DNA of 64,000 nt from Mycobacteriales bacterium (GTDB lineage Bacteria > Actinomycetota > Actinomycetes > BP-191). Shown piece after piece: positions 22,809 to 34,820 of the stretch (the stretch's first letter is position 1; every line of letters starts with the position of its first letter). Under the pieces are notes generated by a model. The model worked only from the letters and a program-made list of their open reading frames with translations. It searched no databases and was not told the DNA's origin. Position numbers and translations under genes: made by a program. The stretch is taken from assembly GCA_035714365.1 (NCBI GenBank), contig DASTMB010000014.1:55720-119719 (forward strand), read 5' to 3'.

Positions 22809-23025
22809 GCCCGTCGCTCCGTCACCGGTCACCAGCTCCTTCGTCCACGGGGATAGAGCCCCCGGGAGCGCGGGAGGTTCGGCGGGATATGGCAGCTGGG
22901 TCATGACGAGGTATCCCGTTCGACACGGTCACCCTCTGCTCCTGCGCGAGCCGTTTCGGTGTCCGATTCGTCGGGGATCCCGCAATCGACCGACTACACC
23001 CAGTCACCGCAGAGAGGTCCCCGCG

Positions 23026-23979
23026 ATGAACACGACGTTCCGGCTCTCCTCCCGAGCCGTCGCGCTGCCCGCGACGGCGCTGCTCCTCGGCACCGCCTTC
23101 GCCGCCCCCGCGCTCGCCGGCGACGGCGCCAAGGGCACCCACGGCCAGGGTGGGCAGCACGCGAACGGCGGCCGGTCCGGAGAGGCGCGGGGCGGCTCCG
23201 GCGGGTCCGGTGCCGCCGCGCAGGGCGACCCGGCCGGCAACAACGGGACGTTCAAGGTCGACGGCCTCGCCTGGAGCGACGGCATGGGGAACGAGCCCCA
23301 CGTCTCCTGCGGCTTCCGGCTGCGCTTCTTCGGCTTCGACGAGGGCCAGACGGGCGACATCACGATCGCCGGCCAGGCGCCGTCCGGCTCCGGCGTCGTC
23401 AGCTCGAAGACCGGCGTCGAGATCAGCGACGACGCGGCCGGCGGCGGCCCGAACGACGTCGACGCCGTGGTGGAGTACACCGCCGGCGACCTGGACCTCA
23501 GCGGCCTCACCGCGCAGCCGAAGCAGGGCTACCACCTCAAGGTGACGCTCACCACGGACGCGCCGGGCGGCGTCAAGCACAAGGTGTTCTGGTACGAGCC
23601 GTGCGCGACCACGCCCCCGGCCGGCGAGACCGGCGGCACCGGCGGCACCGGCGGCACCGGCGGTACGGGCGGCACGGGCGGCACCGGCGGCGAGGTCGGC
23701 GGCGTCACCGTCACCACCCCCGGCACCGTCACCACCCCGGCCTCCGGTACCCAGGACCGCACCGAGGTGCTCGGCGTGAAGCTCGAGCGCACCGACGTGG
23801 CGACCGCCACGGCGCCCCGCCAGGGCGCGCAGGTGCTCGGCACGACGCTGACCCGCAGCGGCGGGCTGCCGTTCACCGGCGCCGTCACGACCGCGCTGCT
23901 CGCGGTCGCGGGCGCCCTCGTCGCGGCCGGTGGCGCGGTGCTCGCGCTCGGCCGGCGCCGCGCGCGGCACGTCGCGTAG
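23026..23979 (+). CDS. Secreted cell-surface protein with a C-terminal LPxTG-like sortase signal (LPFTG, hydrophobic segment, RRRAR)
   Basis: Signal peptide. Gly-rich GGT tract. C-terminal sorting signal. Confidence 0.7.
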   Translation: MNTTFRLSSRAVALPATALLLGTAFAAPALAGDGAKGTHGQGGQHANGGRSGEARGGSGGSGAAAQGDPAGNNGTFKVDGLAWSDGMGNEPHVSCGFRLRFFGFDEGQTGDITIAGQAPSGSGVVSSKTGVEISDDAAGGGPNDVDAVVEYTAGDLDLSGLTAQPKQGYHLKVTLTTDAPGGVKHKVFWYEPCATTPPAGETGGTGGTGGTGGTGGTGGTGGEVGGVTVTTPGTVTTPASGTQDRTEVLGVKLERTDVATATAPRQGAQVLGTTLTRSGGLPFTGAVTTALLAVAGALVAAGGAVLALGRRRARHVA

Positions 23980-23995
23980 CGCCGCCGCAGGACCC

Positions 23996-24032
23996 GGAAC
24001 GGTCGCCGGAACCCCCTCCCGGCGGCCGTTCC
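23996..24032. terminator. Inverted repeat (14-bp stems, 1 mismatch) between the convergent LPxTG gene and aceE. Likely a bidirectional terminator.
   Basis: ggaacggtcgccgg / ccggcggccgttcc. Confidence 0.5.
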
Positions 24033-24068
24033 GCCTGTCCGGGGCCGGTCGCGCGGCCGGCGGCGCCG

Positions 24069-26855
24069 TTACGAGGCGGTGTCCGGCTGCTGGGCCTCCG
24101 TCGAGCCGCCCGCCGCCCGCTCGTCGGTGAGCGCGTACCGCTCGATCGCCCGCGCGACGGCCTCCGCCTTCACCTCGCCGCGCCGGGCCAGCGCCGCCAG
24201 CACCGCCACGGTGATCGACTCGGCGTCGATGTGGAAGTGCCGCCGCAACGCCGCCCGCGTGTCGGACCGGCCGTACCCGTCGGTGCCGAGCGACTCGTAG
24301 TCGCCGGGCACCCAGCGGGAGATCTGGTCCGGCACCGCGCGCATCCAGTCGGATACGGCGACAACCGGGCCGGGCGCGTCGCGCAGCGCGGTCGTGACGT
24401 ACGGCGTCCGCTGGTCGTCGGGGTGCAGGAGGTTCCACTCCTCGCAGGCGAGCGCGTCGCGGCGCAGCTCGTTCCACGAGGTGGCGCTCCACACGTCGGC
24501 GGCGACGCCCCAGTCGTTCGCGAGCAGCTCCTGCGCCTGCACGGCGAGGCGGACCGCGATGCCGCTCGCCAGCACCTGCGCGCGCGGCGGCGCGGCGGCG
24601 CCGTTGCGGCCCTTGCCCTTCGGCTTCTCGGCCGCGGCCGGCGCCGCGGGCGCGGCGGCGTACCGGTACAGCCCGCGGACGATGCCCTCCTCCAGGCCGG
24701 GCAGGTCCGGCGCGGGCGGCTGGGGCATCGGCTCGTTGTAGACGGTGACGTAGTAGAAGACGTCCTCCGCGTCCTCGCCGTACATGCGGCGCAGGCCGTC
24801 CTTGACGATCACGGCGACCTCGTACGCCCACGCCGGGTCGTACGCGACGCAGCCCGGGTTGGTCGAGGCGAGGAGCTGCGAGTGGCCGTCCTGGTGCTGG
24901 AGCCCCTCGCCGTTGAGCGTGGTGCGCCCGGCCGTCGCGCCCATGAGGAAGCCGCGGCCGAGTTGGTCGCCGAGCTGCCAGATCTGGTCGCCGACCCGCT
25001 GGAACCCGAACATCGAGTAGAAGACGAACACCGGGATCATCGGCTCGCCGTGCGTCGCGTACGACGTGCCCGCCGCGATCACCGACGCCATCGAGCCGGC
25101 CTCGCTGATCCCCTCGTGCAGGATGCCGCCCTCGGTGGACTCCTTGTACGACAGCAGCAGCTCGCGGTCGACCGCCTCGTACCGCTGCCCGTGCGGCGAG
25201 TAGATCTTCAACGTCGGGAACAGCGAGTCCATGCCGAACGTCCGCGCCTCGTCCGGGATCACCGGCACGAACCGCGGGCCTACGCCCTTCGCCTTGAGCA
25301 GGTCCTTGAGCAGCCGGACGAACGCCATCGTCGTGGCGACCTCCTGCTTGCCCGAGCCGGTCATCAGGTCGGCGTACGCGTCGTCCGCCGGCAGCGGCAG
25401 CGGCTTCGCCCGCACGACCCGTTGCGGCAGGAACCCGCCCAGCGCCCTGCGGCGGTCCAGCATGTAGCGGATCTCGTCGGAGTCCTGCCCCGGGTGGTAG
25501 TACGGCGGGAGGTCGCCCTCCAGCGCCTTGTCCGGGATGTCGAGGTACAGCCGGTCCCGGAACTCCTTCAGCTCGGCCTTGGTGAGCTTCTTCATCTGGT
25601 GCGTGGCGTTGCGCGCCTCGAAGTCCTTGCCGAGCGTCCAGCCCTTGATCGTCTGGGCCAGGATCACCGTCGGCTGCCCGGTGTGCGCCACCGCGCTCGC
25701 GAACGCCGCGTACACCTTGCGGTAGTCGTGCCCGCCGCGGGAGAGCCGCCGCAGGTCGTCGTCGGAGAGGTGCTCCACCATCCGGCGCAGCCGCGCGTCG
25801 CCGCCGAAGAAGTGCTCGCGGATGTACGCGCCGCTCTCCACCGAGTACGTCTGGAACTGGCCGTCCGGCGTGGTGTTCATCCGGTTGACCAGCACGCCGT
25901 CGCGGTCCTGCGCGAGCAGCGGGTCCCAGTCGCGGCCCCACACCACCTTGATGACGTTCCACCCGGCCCCGCGGAAGAACGACTCCAGCTCCTGGATGAC
26001 CTTGCCGTTGCCGCGCACCGGGCCGTCGAGGCGTTGCAGGTTGCAGTTGACGACGAAGATCAGGTTGTCGAGCTCCTCGCGCGCCGCGACGCCGATCGCG
26101 CCCAGCGACTCCGGCTCGTCCATCTCGCCGTCGCCGAGGAACGCCCACACCCGGCTGCGGCTGGTGTCCTTGATCCGCCGCGCGTGCAGGTAGCGGTTGA
26201 ACCGCGCCTGGTAGATCGCGCCGATCGCCCCGAGGCCCATCGACACCGTCGGGAACTCCCAGAAGTCCGGCATCAGCCGCGGGTGCGGGTAGCTCGGCAG
26301 CCCGCCCGGCCGCGACTCCTGCCGGAACGCGTCGAGCTGCGCCTCCGTCAGCCGCCCCTCGAGGAACGCCCGCGCGTAGATGCCCGGCGAGCCGTGCCCC
26401 TGGATGAACACCTGGTCGCCCGACTCGCCCCCCTCCTTGCCGCGGAAGAAGTGGTTGAAGCCCACCTCGTAGAGGCTCGCGCTGCTGGCGTACGTCGCGA
26501 TGTGGCCGCCCACGCCCAGCCCCGGGCGGTTGCCGCGGCTCACCATGACGGCGGCGTTCCACCGGATGTAGGCCCGGATCCGGCGCTCCACGTACTCGTC
26601 GCCCGGGAACCACGGCTCCTCGTCCGGCGAGATGGTGTTGATGTAGTCGGTGCTCGTCAGGCTCGGCACGCCCACCGCTTGCTGGCGGGCTCTGGCGAGG
26701 AGGCGCAGCAGGATGTAGCGCGCCCGCGTGCGGCCCTGCTCGTTGACGATCGCGTCCAGCGACTCGATCCACTCCGCGGTCTCCGCCGGATCGGTGTCGG
26801 GGAGCTGCGCCGGGAGCCCGTCCGTGATGAGCGACTGTCGCGTGCCTTCTGCCAT
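24069..26855 (-). CDS. aceE: Pyruvate dehydrogenase E1 component (homodimeric type)
   Basis: 928-aa protein starting MAEGT... with typical AceE N-terminus and transketolase-like motifs. Confidence 0.9.
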   Translation of the reverse strand: MAEGTRQSLITDGLPAQLPDTDPAETAEWIESLDAIVNEQGRTRARYILLRLLARARQQAVGVPSLTSTDYINTISPDEEPWFPGDEYVERRIRAYIRWNAAVMVSRGNRPGLGVGGHIATYASSASLYEVGFNHFFRGKEGGESGDQVFIQGHGSPGIYARAFLEGRLTEAQLDAFRQESRPGGLPSYPHPRLMPDFWEFPTVSMGLGAIGAIYQARFNRYLHARRIKDTSRSRVWAFLGDGEMDEPESLGAIGVAAREELDNLIFVVNCNLQRLDGPVRGNGKVIQELESFFRGAGWNVIKVVWGRDWDPLLAQDRDGVLVNRMNTTPDGQFQTYSVESGAYIREHFFGGDARLRRMVEHLSDDDLRRLSRGGHDYRKVYAAFASAVAHTGQPTVILAQTIKGWTLGKDFEARNATHQMKKLTKAELKEFRDRLYLDIPDKALEGDLPPYYHPGQDSDEIRYMLDRRRALGGFLPQRVVRAKPLPLPADDAYADLMTGSGKQEVATTMAFVRLLKDLLKAKGVGPRFVPVIPDEARTFGMDSLFPTLKIYSPHGQRYEAVDRELLLSYKESTEGGILHEGISEAGSMASVIAAGTSYATHGEPMIPVFVFYSMFGFQRVGDQIWQLGDQLGRGFLMGATAGRTTLNGEGLQHQDGHSQLLASTNPGCVAYDPAWAYEVAVIVKDGLRRMYGEDAEDVFYYVTVYNEPMPQPPAPDLPGLEEGIVRGLYRYAAAPAAPAAAEKPKGKGRNGAAAPPRAQVLASGIAVRLAVQAQELLANDWGVAADVWSATSWNELRRDALACEEWNLLHPDDQRTPYVTTALRDAPGPVVAVSDWMRAVPDQISRWVPGDYESLGTDGYGRSDTRAALRRHFHIDAESITVAVLAALARRGEVKAEAVARAIERYALTDERAAGGSTEAQQPDTAS

Positions 26856-27009
26856 GTGCTCATCCTCGCACTCGGGTGTGACAGGTTCCTGGCCGCTGCG
26901 GGGAACGGGTCCCGCTAGATTCCGCGCCACGCTGCGCGTGGCGCTCCCTTTAGTCGCGGGACCCGTTCCCCGCACCGGCCCCCACACTCGCCCACCGCTG
27001 GAGGATGTC

Positions 27010-27414
27010 GTGAAGACCGAGGTGTTCTCGATCCGGACGGGGCGGGCGGCGGCGGCTGTCGATGTCACCGAGCGGGTGGCCGCGTTCGTGGCGGGGGAGG
27101 GGGACGGCCTGGTGAACGTGTTCGTGCCCCACGCGACCGCCGGGGTGGCGGTGATGGAGGTGGGGGCCGGGTCGGAGCGGGACCTGCTGGCGGCGCTCGA
27201 CGCCGTGCTGCCTGCCGACGACCGGTGGGCGCACCGGCACGGGACGAAGGGCCACGGGCGGGACCACGTGCTGCCGGCATTCGTGGCGCCGTCGGTGGTG
27301 CTGCCGGTGGTCGGCGGGCGGCTCGCGCTGGGCACCTGGCAGGCGGTCGTGCTGGTCGACACCAACGGCGACAACCCCGACCGGCAGGTACGGCTCACCC
27401 TCCTCCGGGGCTGA
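27010..27414 (+). CDS. YjbQ/UPF0047 family protein (secondary thiamine-phosphate synthase-like)
   Basis: GGAGGA RBS, GTG start. Motifs HTTAG / HRHG / GHGRDH. Confidence 0.7.
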   Translation: MKTEVFSIRTGRAAAAVDVTERVAAFVAGEGDGLVNVFVPHATAGVAVMEVGAGSERDLLAALDAVLPADDRWAHRHGTKGHGRDHVLPAFVAPSVVLPVVGGRLALGTWQAVVLVDTNGDNPDRQVRLTLLRG

Positions 27415-27500
27415 GGTACTTGCGCGAGGCTCCCCGGCGCGTGTGGACTACGACGTAGCAACGGGCGGCCGGCGCCCGTGCGACGACCGGGGAGGCGCAC

Positions 27501-27941
27501 GTGGCGACCGCGGGTCCCGCGGAAGGGCAGCGCACGGCGGCGGACCGGCTCGGCATCGCGCCGGGGATGGTCGTGCAGGAGCTCGGGCGCGACGACGACT
27601 CCGACGCGGCGCTGGTCGAGGCGATCGTCGCCCGCGCGGGCACGGAGCCGGTGGCGGAGGACTCCGACGACGTCGTCGACGTCGTGCTGCTGTGGTTCCG
27701 GGAGGACGACGGCGACCTGGTCGACGCGCTGATGGACGCGCGGACCCGCCTCGACAACAACGGCGCCATCTGGGTGCTCACCCCGAAGGCCGGGCGCGAG
27801 GGGCACGTGGAGCCGAGCGACATCATCGACGCCGCGCCCACGGCAGGGCTGACGCAGACCAGCACCGTGTCCGCGTCGCAGGACTGGGCCGCCGCCAAGC
27901 TGGTCGTGCCGAAGGGGCAGCGCGCGCCGCGGCACCGTTAG
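27501..27941 (+). CDS. DUF3052-like hypothetical protein
   Basis: ORF with acidic N-terminal half. Low-confidence family assignment from memory. Confidence 0.5.
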   Translation: MATAGPAEGQRTAADRLGIAPGMVVQELGRDDDSDAALVEAIVARAGTEPVAEDSDDVVDVVLLWFREDDGDLVDALMDARTRLDNNGAIWVLTPKAGREGHVEPSDIIDAAPTAGLTQTSTVSASQDWAAAKLVVPKGQRAPRHR

Positions 27942-27949
27942 GCCGGGAA

Positions 27950-27994
27950 CGCCGAAGGCCCGCCCCGGGCGAACCGGGAGCGGGCCTTCGGCGC
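27950..27994. terminator. Perfect 14-bp inverted repeat between convergent genes
   Basis: cgccgaaggcccgc ... gcgggccttcggcg. Confidence 0.55.
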
Positions 27995-28005
27995 GAACGG
28001 GACTA

Positions 28006-31000
28006 CTAACGCAGGACGCGGAGCTTGACGAACGCGCCCGCGGTCGCGGCGAGCGCGACCCCCGCCAGCGCGGCCACGCCCGCCGGCACCGAGGTGCCAC
28101 CCGCCGCCGGGGGCACCGGGGCGAGCGTCGGCACGACGCCGACCGTCTCCGCGCCGCCCGCGATGCCGAGGGTCCCGGCCTTCGCCGGCGCCGCGGCGGC
28201 GCGTACGCCACCCTTGGCCGCGTACACCTGGAGCTCCGCGATCGTGACGTTCGACGCCTGCGGCGCCTGGCGGCAGTCCGAGTTGTTCGCCGGGTCGGCG
28301 TCCTGGTCGCCCAGGAACGCCTTGGTGCCGGTGCACTGGTTGGTGAGCACCCGGATCCGGACGTGCGACGCCTTGACCGGCGCGAACCGGAACTCGCGGA
28401 AGTTCAGGTCCGGCACGCGCGGCCGCGGGCGGTGGCCCGGGAACGCGTCGGCCTTCGACACGTACACCTGGCGGAAGTGCTTGCCGTCGGTGCTGACGTC
28501 GATCGCGAACTGGCGCAGCGTCGAGAACCGGCTCTGCGCCTGGTCGGCCTTCTCCTCGCCGTTGTTCTCCCGGACCGGCCGGTGCATCGCCGAGACGGTG
28601 ACCCGGTCGACGGTCCAGACGCCGCCGGTGAGGTCGACGGTGACGCCGCGGTTCTTGATCGCCTTCGCCGCCGCGGTCGGGTCGGTCTGCTTGCCGGCGA
28701 CGTACGGCGACTGGCCGAAGAACGCCCAGTCGGTCGACTCGGTGTCGTCCACGAGGTCGGTGAGGTACCGGCCCTCGCCGCGCGCGATCGCGCCGTTGTA
28801 GCGCGACGCGAGGTTGCGCGGCAGGCGGACCGTCACGGTGCCGCTCGTCCCGTCGCGGAACGAGTACGCCACGCGGTGCAGGCCGTAGCCCTGGCCGCGG
28901 ACGACGAACTCGTACCGGCCGCCGGCGAGCTGCGCCACGTCCTTGACGTCCTTCGACGGCAGCGTGTCGGCGATCGGCGTGACGCGGGCCTCGAACCGGC
29001 CGACGTAGATCGACGCGCGGACCGGCGCGCCGGTCGCGTCGTCGACGAACCGGAAGCGGACCGTCGCCGGCCGGCGGTACGGCGAGACGAAGCTCGGCGT
29101 CGGCTGCGGGTCGTCCGCGTTCGCCGAGTCGGCGCCCTTGCCCATGCCGCGGTGCGCGAACACCTGCCACATGCCGGCCAGGTCACGGCCGCCGAAGCGG
29201 AGCTTGTCCGCCGCGAGCATCGCGTCGCGGGCGTCGAGCATCGACACGTCCGCCGTCATCAGCAGGAACGAGTCGAACATGAGCTGCACCCAGCGGCGGT
29301 TGCCGGGGCAGGCGTCGGCCGCGAGCTGGCCGCTCGCGCAGCGCACCTGGAGGGTGCGGTTCGACGACGGGTAGCGGGAGTCGTACGCCCGCATGAACCA
29401 CTTGCGCAGCTCCCACTGGACGCCGTTCCAGATCTCGCCGTCGGCGTGGACCTCGGCGCCGGTGGTGTCGAACGCGTAGTCGCCGTAGTTCAGCGGGTTG
29501 CGGTCGAGGTTGAAGTCGCGGATGCCGTCGAGCTTATCGCCGGTGACGTACGCGCCGACGGTGCCCTTCCCCTCGCCGCTCTTACCGGCGTAGCCGTACG
29601 CGTTGAGGAACTCGAGGGCGACCAGGTCGCTCCACGACTCGCCCATCGCGCCGCCCTGCTCGCCGCCGATGCCGGCGTCCGGGCCGCCGACCATGCGGTT
29701 GCTGATCGCGTGCGTGTACTCGTGGCCGATGACCGACATGTCGTAGTCGCCGTCGGTGCAGGCGGCGTAGAACGACGCCGGGATCGGCTGCCACAGGTAC
29801 ATGTTGCTGATCGGCGCGATGCCGTCGTTGAGGGTGAGCTGGTTGGCGTTGTCGCGGCCGCCGAACGTCGGCGCGCCGCCGCCGTTGACCGCGCCGGCCT
29901 GCGCGTCGCCGATCTGCGGGTCGCCCTCGTACTGCGGCGACGTGTTGCCGAAGTTCGAGAGCTGGTGGTTGTAGTTCTTCTCGGTGTAGCCGAGGTGGTA
30001 CGCGAAGTCGTGCATCCGGTTGTGCATCGCGAACAGGTTCGCGGTGGCCGCGTCCACGTCGACGCGCTGCGGCGACACGAACGACGACGGCGCGCAGCCC
30101 TTGCCGGGCTGGCCCGGGGTGGTCGAGGTGCGCCACTGGTCGGTCCACGGGAACGCGTAGTCGCGGCCCGGCGACACCGGCGAGTACTGCTCCGCCGGGG
30201 TGATCGCGCCGATCGCGAGGTCGGCCGGGTCCGGGGCCGGGTTGGCCGCGCCCTCACCGGGCGAGAGCCACGACGACGCGGAGCGCGCGTTGTTGCCGAA
30301 GGTCGTGAACGTCGGCTGGAGCGTGTGCGGGTCGACGTCCCACGGCTGGCGCGACGCCAGGGTCGCGAACGACATGGCGCAGTCGTTGAGCGGCTTGGTG
30401 GTGCTGACCGTCGGCTTCGCGTCCCAGCAGCCGGTGACGCGGGTGTCCTTGCTGCTGCCGAGGAGCGGGTTCGCCGGGAAGATCTTCCACTTCGCCGGGT
30501 AGCTGAACGGGCTGGCCGCCGGGCCGTCGTAGACGCCGTAGACGCCGGCGTAGGACGCGGGGCCGACGCCGCCGTCGAACGCGCAGACCTGGACGGCGTA
30601 CTTGCCGGCCGGGGCGCCGCCCATGGGCGCGTAGTGCGCCTCCTCCGGGCCGTCCACGAGGTCGCCGCGGGCGACCATCGTCTTGCCGCGGAAGATCTTG
30701 ACGACGGTGTCGACGCCGGCCGGCGCCGGGTCGGTCGTGACGACGGCCGCGACGATCGCCGACGGCGGGTCGGTCACCGTGAACGGGTGCAGCGGGCCGC
30801 AGCCGCCCTTCTTGAACGTGCCGGTGAACGCGTTGCCGCCGGGGACGCCGATGCCGCCGGCGGTGCCGGCGGTGCCGCTGCCGAGGCCGTCCAGGCCGTC
30901 GATGCTCGGGCCGGCCATGCCGTCGGCCGCCTGCTGGACGCGGTTCTGGCGGAACAGCACCTTGCCGGTGATCGCGTCGACGAACGACGTGTAGCCGGTG

Positions 31001-31809
31001 AGCTCGCCGTCCTTGTTGTTCGCGACGATCGTCTCGTAGGCGGGGCGGACGCCGTCGGTGCGGGTCGCGAACGCCACCAGGCGCGCGCGCTGCGGCAGCG
31101 TGAAGCCCGGCACCGCGAACACGTCGAAGCCGGTGTGCTCGAGGCCGCGGGCGACGACGTTCGCCAGCGTGAGGCTCTTCAGGCCGGTGTCGGCGGCGGC
31201 GGCGAGCCACGCCTCGGCGGGGCCGATCTTCGGCTGCCCGGCGAGGGTGCCGGAGCCGACCGCCGAGGAGGTGACGAGCGCGATCCGGCCGTCGCGGATC
31301 GCGACCATGATCAGGCCGTCGTTGGCCGACATCAGGCCGCCGAACCGCTGGCGGAACAGCACCGCGTGCGCGGGCGTGCCGGTCAGCGTGGCGTCGTTGA
31401 GCAGCTCGAGGTTGTCGACGTCGGCGTCGGTGAGGCGGAACAGCGCCTGGTGGCGCTTGATCCAGGCGCGGGCGGCGACCTTCGGCTCGCCGGTGAGGCC
31501 GGAGTCGACCCAGCCGGCCGGGTCGGCGGCCTGCAGCACCTGCGGCGTGCCGAACTCGTTCCAGCGGGCGGTGACGCCCTTGAGCGACCGCAGGTCGCGC
31601 AGCGCGGCGGCAGTCGGCAGCCACTTCGTGCCGCCGCGGCTGTCGAAGTCGGCCAGCGCGTCGTGGTCGGAGAGCGTGAGGCCGGTGCGGGACTCGTGGT
31701 CGCCGACGGCGCGGAACGGCGCCGCGGTCGTCGCGGGCGCACCCGCGGCGGCCGCCGACGCGGCGAGGCTCGTGGCGAGGAGGCCGGCGAGCGCGTAGCG
31801 AAGCTTCAC
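28006..31809 (-). CDS. Secreted M36 (fungalysin-like) zinc metallopeptidase with propeptide and a C-terminal discoidin/F5-8-type-C-like domain
   Basis: GTG start with GGGAGA RBS. Signal peptide. HEXXH '[10 protein letters not shown]'. '[11 protein letters not shown]'. Confidence 0.8.
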   Translation of the reverse strand: MKLRYALAGLLATSLAASAAAAGAPATTAAPFRAVGDHESRTGLTLSDHDALADFDSRGGTKWLPTAAALRDLRSLKGVTARWNEFGTPQVLQAADPAGWVDSGLTGEPKVAARAWIKRHQALFRLTDADVDNLELLNDATLTGTPAHAVLFRQRFGGLMSANDGLIMVAIRDGRIALVTSSAVGSGTLAGQPKIGPAEAWLAAAADTGLKSLTLANVVARGLEHTGFDVFAVPGFTLPQRARLVAFATRTDGVRPAYETIVANNKDGELTGYTSFVDAITGKVLFRQNRVQQAADGMAGPSIDGLDGLGSGTAGTAGGIGVPGGNAFTGTFKKGGCGPLHPFTVTDPPSAIVAAVVTTDPAPAGVDTVVKIFRGKTMVARGDLVDGPEEAHYAPMGGAPAGKYAVQVCAFDGGVGPASYAGVYGVYDGPAASPFSYPAKWKIFPANPLLGSSKDTRVTGCWDAKPTVSTTKPLNDCAMSFATLASRQPWDVDPHTLQPTFTTFGNNARSASSWLSPGEGAANPAPDPADLAIGAITPAEQYSPVSPGRDYAFPWTDQWRTSTTPGQPGKGCAPSSFVSPQRVDVDAATANLFAMHNRMHDFAYHLGYTEKNYNHQLSNFGNTSPQYEGDPQIGDAQAGAVNGGGAPTFGGRDNANQLTLNDGIAPISNMYLWQPIPASFYAACTDGDYDMSVIGHEYTHAISNRMVGGPDAGIGGEQGGAMGESWSDLVALEFLNAYGYAGKSGEGKGTVGAYVTGDKLDGIRDFNLDRNPLNYGDYAFDTTGAEVHADGEIWNGVQWELRKWFMRAYDSRYPSSNRTLQVRCASGQLAADACPGNRRWVQLMFDSFLLMTADVSMLDARDAMLAADKLRFGGRDLAGMWQVFAHRGMGKGADSANADDPQPTPSFVSPYRRPATVRFRFVDDATGAPVRASIYVGRFEARVTPIADTLPSKDVKDVAQLAGGRYEFVVRGQGYGLHRVAYSFRDGTSGTVTVRLPRNLASRYNGAIARGEGRYLTDLVDDTESTDWAFFGQSPYVAGKQTDPTAAAKAIKNRGVTVDLTGGVWTVDRVTVSAMHRPVRENNGEEKADQAQSRFSTLRQFAIDVSTDGKHFRQVYVSKADAFPGHRPRPRVPDLNFREFRFAPVKASHVRIRVLTNQCTGTKAFLGDQDADPANNSDCRQAPQASNVTIAELQVYAAKGGVRAAAAPAKAGTLGIAGGAETVGVVPTLAPVPPAAGGTSVPAGVAALAGVALAATAGAFVKLRVLR

Positions 31810-31982
31810 TGGTGGTGTCTCCCGGGGATGGCGGTACCGGGCCGCGCCCAGGGACGGGCGTGGTCTGGGGTGGTGCTGTTCCGACACGTTCGGGGCCGGA
31901 CGTCGGGTTCCTGCGTCGCCTCGGGAAGGTGCCCGCTTTGTGACGAAAAGTTCTCGCGGCGGCCCCGCGTAGCATCGTCCGC

Positions 31983-32438
31983 GTGGTGGAGATCGGGCGG
32001 CCGGCACCGGAGTTCGCGCTGAAGGACCAGAACAACCAGGTCGTCTCGCTGGCGGACTTCCGCGGTGAGAAGGACGTCGTGCTGATCTTCTACCCGTACG
32101 CGTTCACCCGCGTCTGCGAGGGCGAGCTCTGCGCGATCCGCGACGACCTGGCGTCGTTCCAGAACGACCGGGTGCAGGTGCTCACCGTGTCCGTCGACAC
32201 GCCGTTCGCGCACAAGGTGTGGGCGGAGCGGGAGGGGTTCGACTTCCCGATGCTGTCCGACTTCTGGCCGCACGGGGAGGTGTCGCGGGCATACGGCTGC
32301 TTCGACGAGAAGCGCGGCTGCTCGACCCGGGGCACGTACGTCGTCGACCGGTCCGGCGTCCTGCGCTGGCAGGTCGTCAACGCGATCCCGGACGCGCGCG
32401 ACCAGGACGCGTACCTGCGGGTGCTCGCGGGGCTGTAG
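31983..32438 (+). CDS. Peroxiredoxin (AhpC/TSA family, Bcp/AhpE-like)
   Basis: 'FYPYAFTRVCEGELCA' peroxidatic Cys motif. Confidence 0.8.
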   Translation: MVEIGRPAPEFALKDQNNQVVSLADFRGEKDVVLIFYPYAFTRVCEGELCAIRDDLASFQNDRVQVLTVSVDTPFAHKVWAEREGFDFPMLSDFWPHGEVSRAYGCFDEKRGCSTRGTYVVDRSGVLRWQVVNAIPDARDQDAYLRVLAGL

Positions 32439-32449
32439 TGGGCTGCCAC

Positions 32450-32764
32450 GTGTGCGGGGTGCGGCAGACCGACCCCGCGCGGGGCGCGTCGCCGTGGCGG
32501 CGCGGCGTGGTCGCCGGGACCCAGGTGCTGGGCTGCCCCGCCTGCCAGGCGTCGGGGGCGTTCGCGGCGGTGCTGGACCGCTGCGCCGGGTGCGGGTCGA
32601 CGGCGCTGGTGCGGCGGCTGGGGGAGACGGCGTGCCGGTCCTGCGGGCACGTCGGGGACGGCGTGCCGTCCGCGTCCGTCGTCCCGCCGCCGGCCGCCTC
32701 GCCCGCGCTGGCGGAGGAGGTGGCGGCGGCGCTGGACCGGACGTTCGGGCGGTCGGCCCCTTAG
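32450..32764 (+). CDS. Small Cys-rich hypothetical protein (two CxxC pairs, zinc-ribbon-like)
   Basis: GCPACQ ... CAGCG ... CRSCGH. The start is uncertain because the upstream ORF overlaps the peroxiredoxin gene in another frame. Confidence 0.4.
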   Translation: MCGVRQTDPARGASPWRRGVVAGTQVLGCPACQASGAFAAVLDRCAGCGSTALVRRLGETACRSCGHVGDGVPSASVVPPPAASPALAEEVAAALDRTFGRSAP

Positions 32765-34068
32765 CTGCGCGGCCGGGCGAAGCGCGGCAGCAGCCGGCCG
32801 CGCGGCGCGGGGATGGCGGCTCCCGGCGCGACAGGCGTCGCGTCGACCGGGCGCGCCGGCACGCCGGCGGGGACCGGCGTCGCGGCGGGGGCGGCGTTGG
32901 GCAGCGTGAGGAACACCAGCCCCGACGCGACCGCGAGGACGCCGCTGCCGACCCACAGGGTCCCGTGGCCGACGGCGAGCGCCGTGCCGCCGAGCAGCGG
33001 CCCGACCGTGAACGCGAGCGACCAGGCAAGGCCGAGCCCGCCCGCGTAGCGGCCGCGCAGGTCCTGCGGCGCGATCGCGGCGAGGTAGGCCTGGCTGGTC
33101 GGCGAGCCGAGCATCTCGCCCAGCGTCCACACCAGGACCGTCGCGAGCAGCAGCGGGAGGCTGCGGCCCACCGTGCCCATCAGCGCGTAGCCGCCGCCGA
33201 GCGTCACCGCGCCGATCGCCATCACCCGCGGCGGCCGGTACCGGCGGGTCCGCCCGCTGATCCAGAACTCGCTCAGGATGATCACCACGCCGTTGACGCT
33301 GATGAGGGCGCCGTAGACCTGCGTCGAGAAGCCGCGCTCGGTCAGCGCCAGCGGCAGCGTCACCATCGTCTGCGCGAACACGATCGCCATGACGAACGAC
33401 GCCAGCCAGAAGCGGCGGAACGTCGCGTCCGCCAGCACCGTCCCGAAGCCGCGCGCCGGCGCGCCCGCCGCGGCCGGGCGGCGTTGCGGCCGGGTCTCCG
33501 GCAGCAGCGCCAGCGCGACCACCGCGTAGATCCACGACGTCGCCGCGTCGGCGACGAACAGCCGGGCGAAGCCCAGGTGCGTGATGAGCACGCCGCCGAG
33601 GCCGGTGCCGACCGCGAAGCCGAGGTTGATCACCAGGCGGAACAGCGCGAACGCGTCGACCCGCCGCTCCGGCGGCGTCAGGTCGGTGAGCATCGCGCTC
33701 ACCGCGGGCCGGCCCGCCTCCGCGACCGTGCCGGCCACGAACGCCACCGCCACCACCGCCGCCGGGTGCTGCGTGACCAGCAGCAGCACCAGCGACAGCC
33801 CGCCCAGCAGCGGCGAGCCGACGACGACCGGCTTGCGGCCGAGGCGGTCGGCGAGCGTGCCGCCGGACAGCGCCGCGACGATGCCGCCCGCGCCGTACGC
33901 CGCCATGGCGACGCCCGCGTAGCGCAGCGACAGGCCGCGCTCGCGGTGCAGGTAGATCGTGAGGAACGGCACGGCGAAGCTGCCCGCGCGCGTGATCAGC
34001 GTGCCGGCGACGAGCACCCAGACGGCGCGCGGGAGCCCGCGCATCCGCCGTGGCACGAACCGGGTCAT
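32761..34068 (-). CDS. MFS transporter
   Basis: 12 predicted TM segments. 'GTLADRLGRKP' MFS motif. The longer ORF start would overlap the tRNA gene. Confidence 0.8.
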   Translation of the reverse strand: MTRFVPRRMRGLPRAVWVLVAGTLITRAGSFAVPFLTIYLHRERGLSLRYAGVAMAAYGAGGIVAALSGGTLADRLGRKPVVVGSPLLGGLSLVLLLVTQHPAAVVAVAFVAGTVAEAGRPAVSAMLTDLTPPERRVDAFALFRLVINLGFAVGTGLGGVLITHLGFARLFVADAATSWIYAVVALALLPETRPQRRPAAAGAPARGFGTVLADATFRRFWLASFVMAIVFAQTMVTLPLALTERGFSTQVYGALISVNGVVIILSEFWISGRTRRYRPPRVMAIGAVTLGGGYALMGTVGRSLPLLLATVLVWTLGEMLGSPTSQAYLAAIAPQDLRGRYAGGLGLAWSLAFTVGPLLGGTALAVGHGTLWVGSGVLAVASGLVFLTLPNAAPAATPVPAGVPARPVDATPVAPGAAIPAPRGRLLPRFARPRS

Positions 34069-34173
34069 GGGTCGTGTGTAGCGCACCCCTGTGACAAGGA
34101 CGAACGGGTTTCCGGGATTCCCGCGCGGCGGCCTCCGGCGGCGTGCGCGCCGGTACGCTCGGACCGGCAACCC

Positions 34174-34249
34174 GGGCGCGTAGCTCAGCGGAACGAGCAC
34201 TCGGCTTACACCCGAGCGGTCGCAGGTTCGACCCCTGCCGCGCCCACCA
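34174..34249 (+). tRNA. tRNA-Val (anticodon TAC), including the encoded CCA
   Basis: Cloverleaf folded by hand: acceptor GGGCGCG/CGCGCCC, D arm GCTC/GAGC, anticodon stem CTCGG/CCGAG with loop CTTACAC, T arm GCAGG-TTCGACC-CCTGC. Confidence 0.85.
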
Positions 34250-34820
34250 CGCACGCGGTAACTGCGCCTACCTCTACTTGCGTTGCCGCGCTCAGGACCA
34301 GGTGGGCAATATCGCTACCTAAATAGCGCTTTAGAGCCGCTCGCCACGGATGCGAGGCAGGCGCGATCGCCCTGGAGTGCTTGTACGGTTGCTGCGTTCC
34401 GGCCCGAGCCGTTACGGCTTTGAACTGAGCGTCAGGACGGCGTGCTCGTTGCGGCGCCTGGAAGAAGCACTCCTCCAGCACGTCTGACGACTGTTGACGC
34501 GGACCGTAGCTGCCTGGTCGTGGCGGGGACGCGCACTCTTCCTCCCATCGAAGGAACGACGTCAGAGACGATGCGCCTCGCATTCGGTACAGATCTCGCA
34601 GGTCTGCAGGCTGAGCGACAGCCGGCCGCCCTACATGAGCGGTGGTCCCTAGGGGCCAACGGCGAGGCTACGGGTGACGTGTATCGGTGTGTTGAACGCG
34701 GTCCCAACCTAGGTCTCGGCTACTTGGACAACAGGCGCGCGCAGGCAGCACCCCGGCCGTACACTGTGTGTGCCCCATGAAGGATCGGTCTAAGCCGAGG
34801 AGAAAGATGGGCGGGGGACA

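Noticed and set aside
22959-26918. 1319-aa plus-strand ORF overlapping aceE
   Set aside because: Antisense shadow of the unambiguous AceE gene. Its composition is Arg/Pro/Gly-rich junk.
28363-32022. 1219-aa plus-strand ORF overlapping the M36 peptidase gene
   Set aside because: Shadow ORF. The minus strand has HEXXH, a signal peptide and an RBS.
34250-34820. Possible att-site direct repeat of the tRNA-Val 3' end, or integrase remnant, in the ~570-bp gap after the tRNA
   Set aside because: Only a weak approximate match (cccgcacaccacc near 38395) was seen by eye, and no integrase-like ORF is present. The island boundaries cannot be set without alignment to an empty site.
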